Below, one piece after another: positions 63,733-64,000 of a stretch of 64,000 nucleotides of DNA. The translations under genes and the position numbers were made by a program. Under the pieces are notes generated by a model. It ran no database searches and was not told the DNA's origin. It saw only the letters and a list, made by a program, of their open reading frames with translations. Origin of the DNA: an uncultured Acidobacteriota bacterium (GTDB lineage: Bacteria > Acidobacteriota > Thermoanaerobaculia > Multivoradales > UBA5704); contig CAVYRF010000002.1 of the NCBI GenBank assembly GCA_963770895.1, positions 1,120,001-1,184,000 on the forward strand. Direction: 5' to 3'. Position 1 is the stretch's first letter, and every line of letters starts with the position of its first letter.

Positions 63733-64000
63733 TCAGCGCCGCTTGCGGCGGGGGTGTTTGCGGACTGCCGCGGGGGGCGGCGGGGTGGGTTCGACCGGCT
63801 CGTGGCCGGTGATCTCGCCGGCGGCGACGGCGCGCGGCACGACGCGGAAGAGCACCGTGAAGTCGCCCACTTCGACCGCGCCCTGCGCGACCGGCCGCGA
63901 GCGTTGCAGCGTCGTCTGGATGAAGGTTTCGATCGTGCCGAGCACGTCGCTGATCTCGCCCGGCAGGTCGGCGCCGCCGTGCGGCACCGGGTAGGTGTCG
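63733..64000 (-). CDS. 3' end of an unidentified gene entering from the window edge
   Basis: Open frame from the edge to TGA at 63733 with GC3-biased codons (..GEISDVLGTIETFIQTTLQRSR..). Confidence 0.5.
   Translation of the reverse strand, partial: DTYPVPHGGADLPGEISDVLGTIETFIQTTLQRSRPVAQGAVEVGDFTVLFRVVPRAVAAGEITGHEPVEPTPPPPAAVRKHPRRKRR

Overview
Very GC-rich bacterial chromosome segment. An Acidobacteriota-like origin is inferred from gene content and style and is not proven. The backbone is mostly housekeeping: mfd, lepA, hemW, parE/parC, a moaD-moaE fusion, an acyl-CoA carboxylase/AtuA cluster, lptD with nucleotide-sugar genes, thiolase, ruvX, mltG and maeB. The main feature is a ~14 kb divergent island (38531-52785). 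It holds a cytoplasmic group 2a-type [NiFe]-hydrogenase (large subunit, two ~85% identical small subunits in inverted orientation, maturation protease, TPR/NifU-Rieske/NHL accessory genes). Closely linked on the same strand as the large subunit are two extended MglA-like small GTPases, a Roadblock/MglB-like protein and a tandem Roadblock-Roadblock-HiPIP-like fusion. This suggests an H2/redox-controlled GTPase switch that I do not know to be described. A second notable locus (24862-28588) resembles a plant-type prenol salvage pathway: a farnesol dehydrogenase-like SDR, a phytol-kinase/DUF92 fusion and a UbiA prenyltransferase. Also present are two CTAG-ended MITE-like elements, two copies of a REP-like hairpin, a small decayed toxin-antitoxin/defence patch (21917-24094) and a pseudokinase-TonB protein. 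No rRNA, tRNA or CRISPR array was seen. All calls come from motif recognition by eye; no database searches were run.
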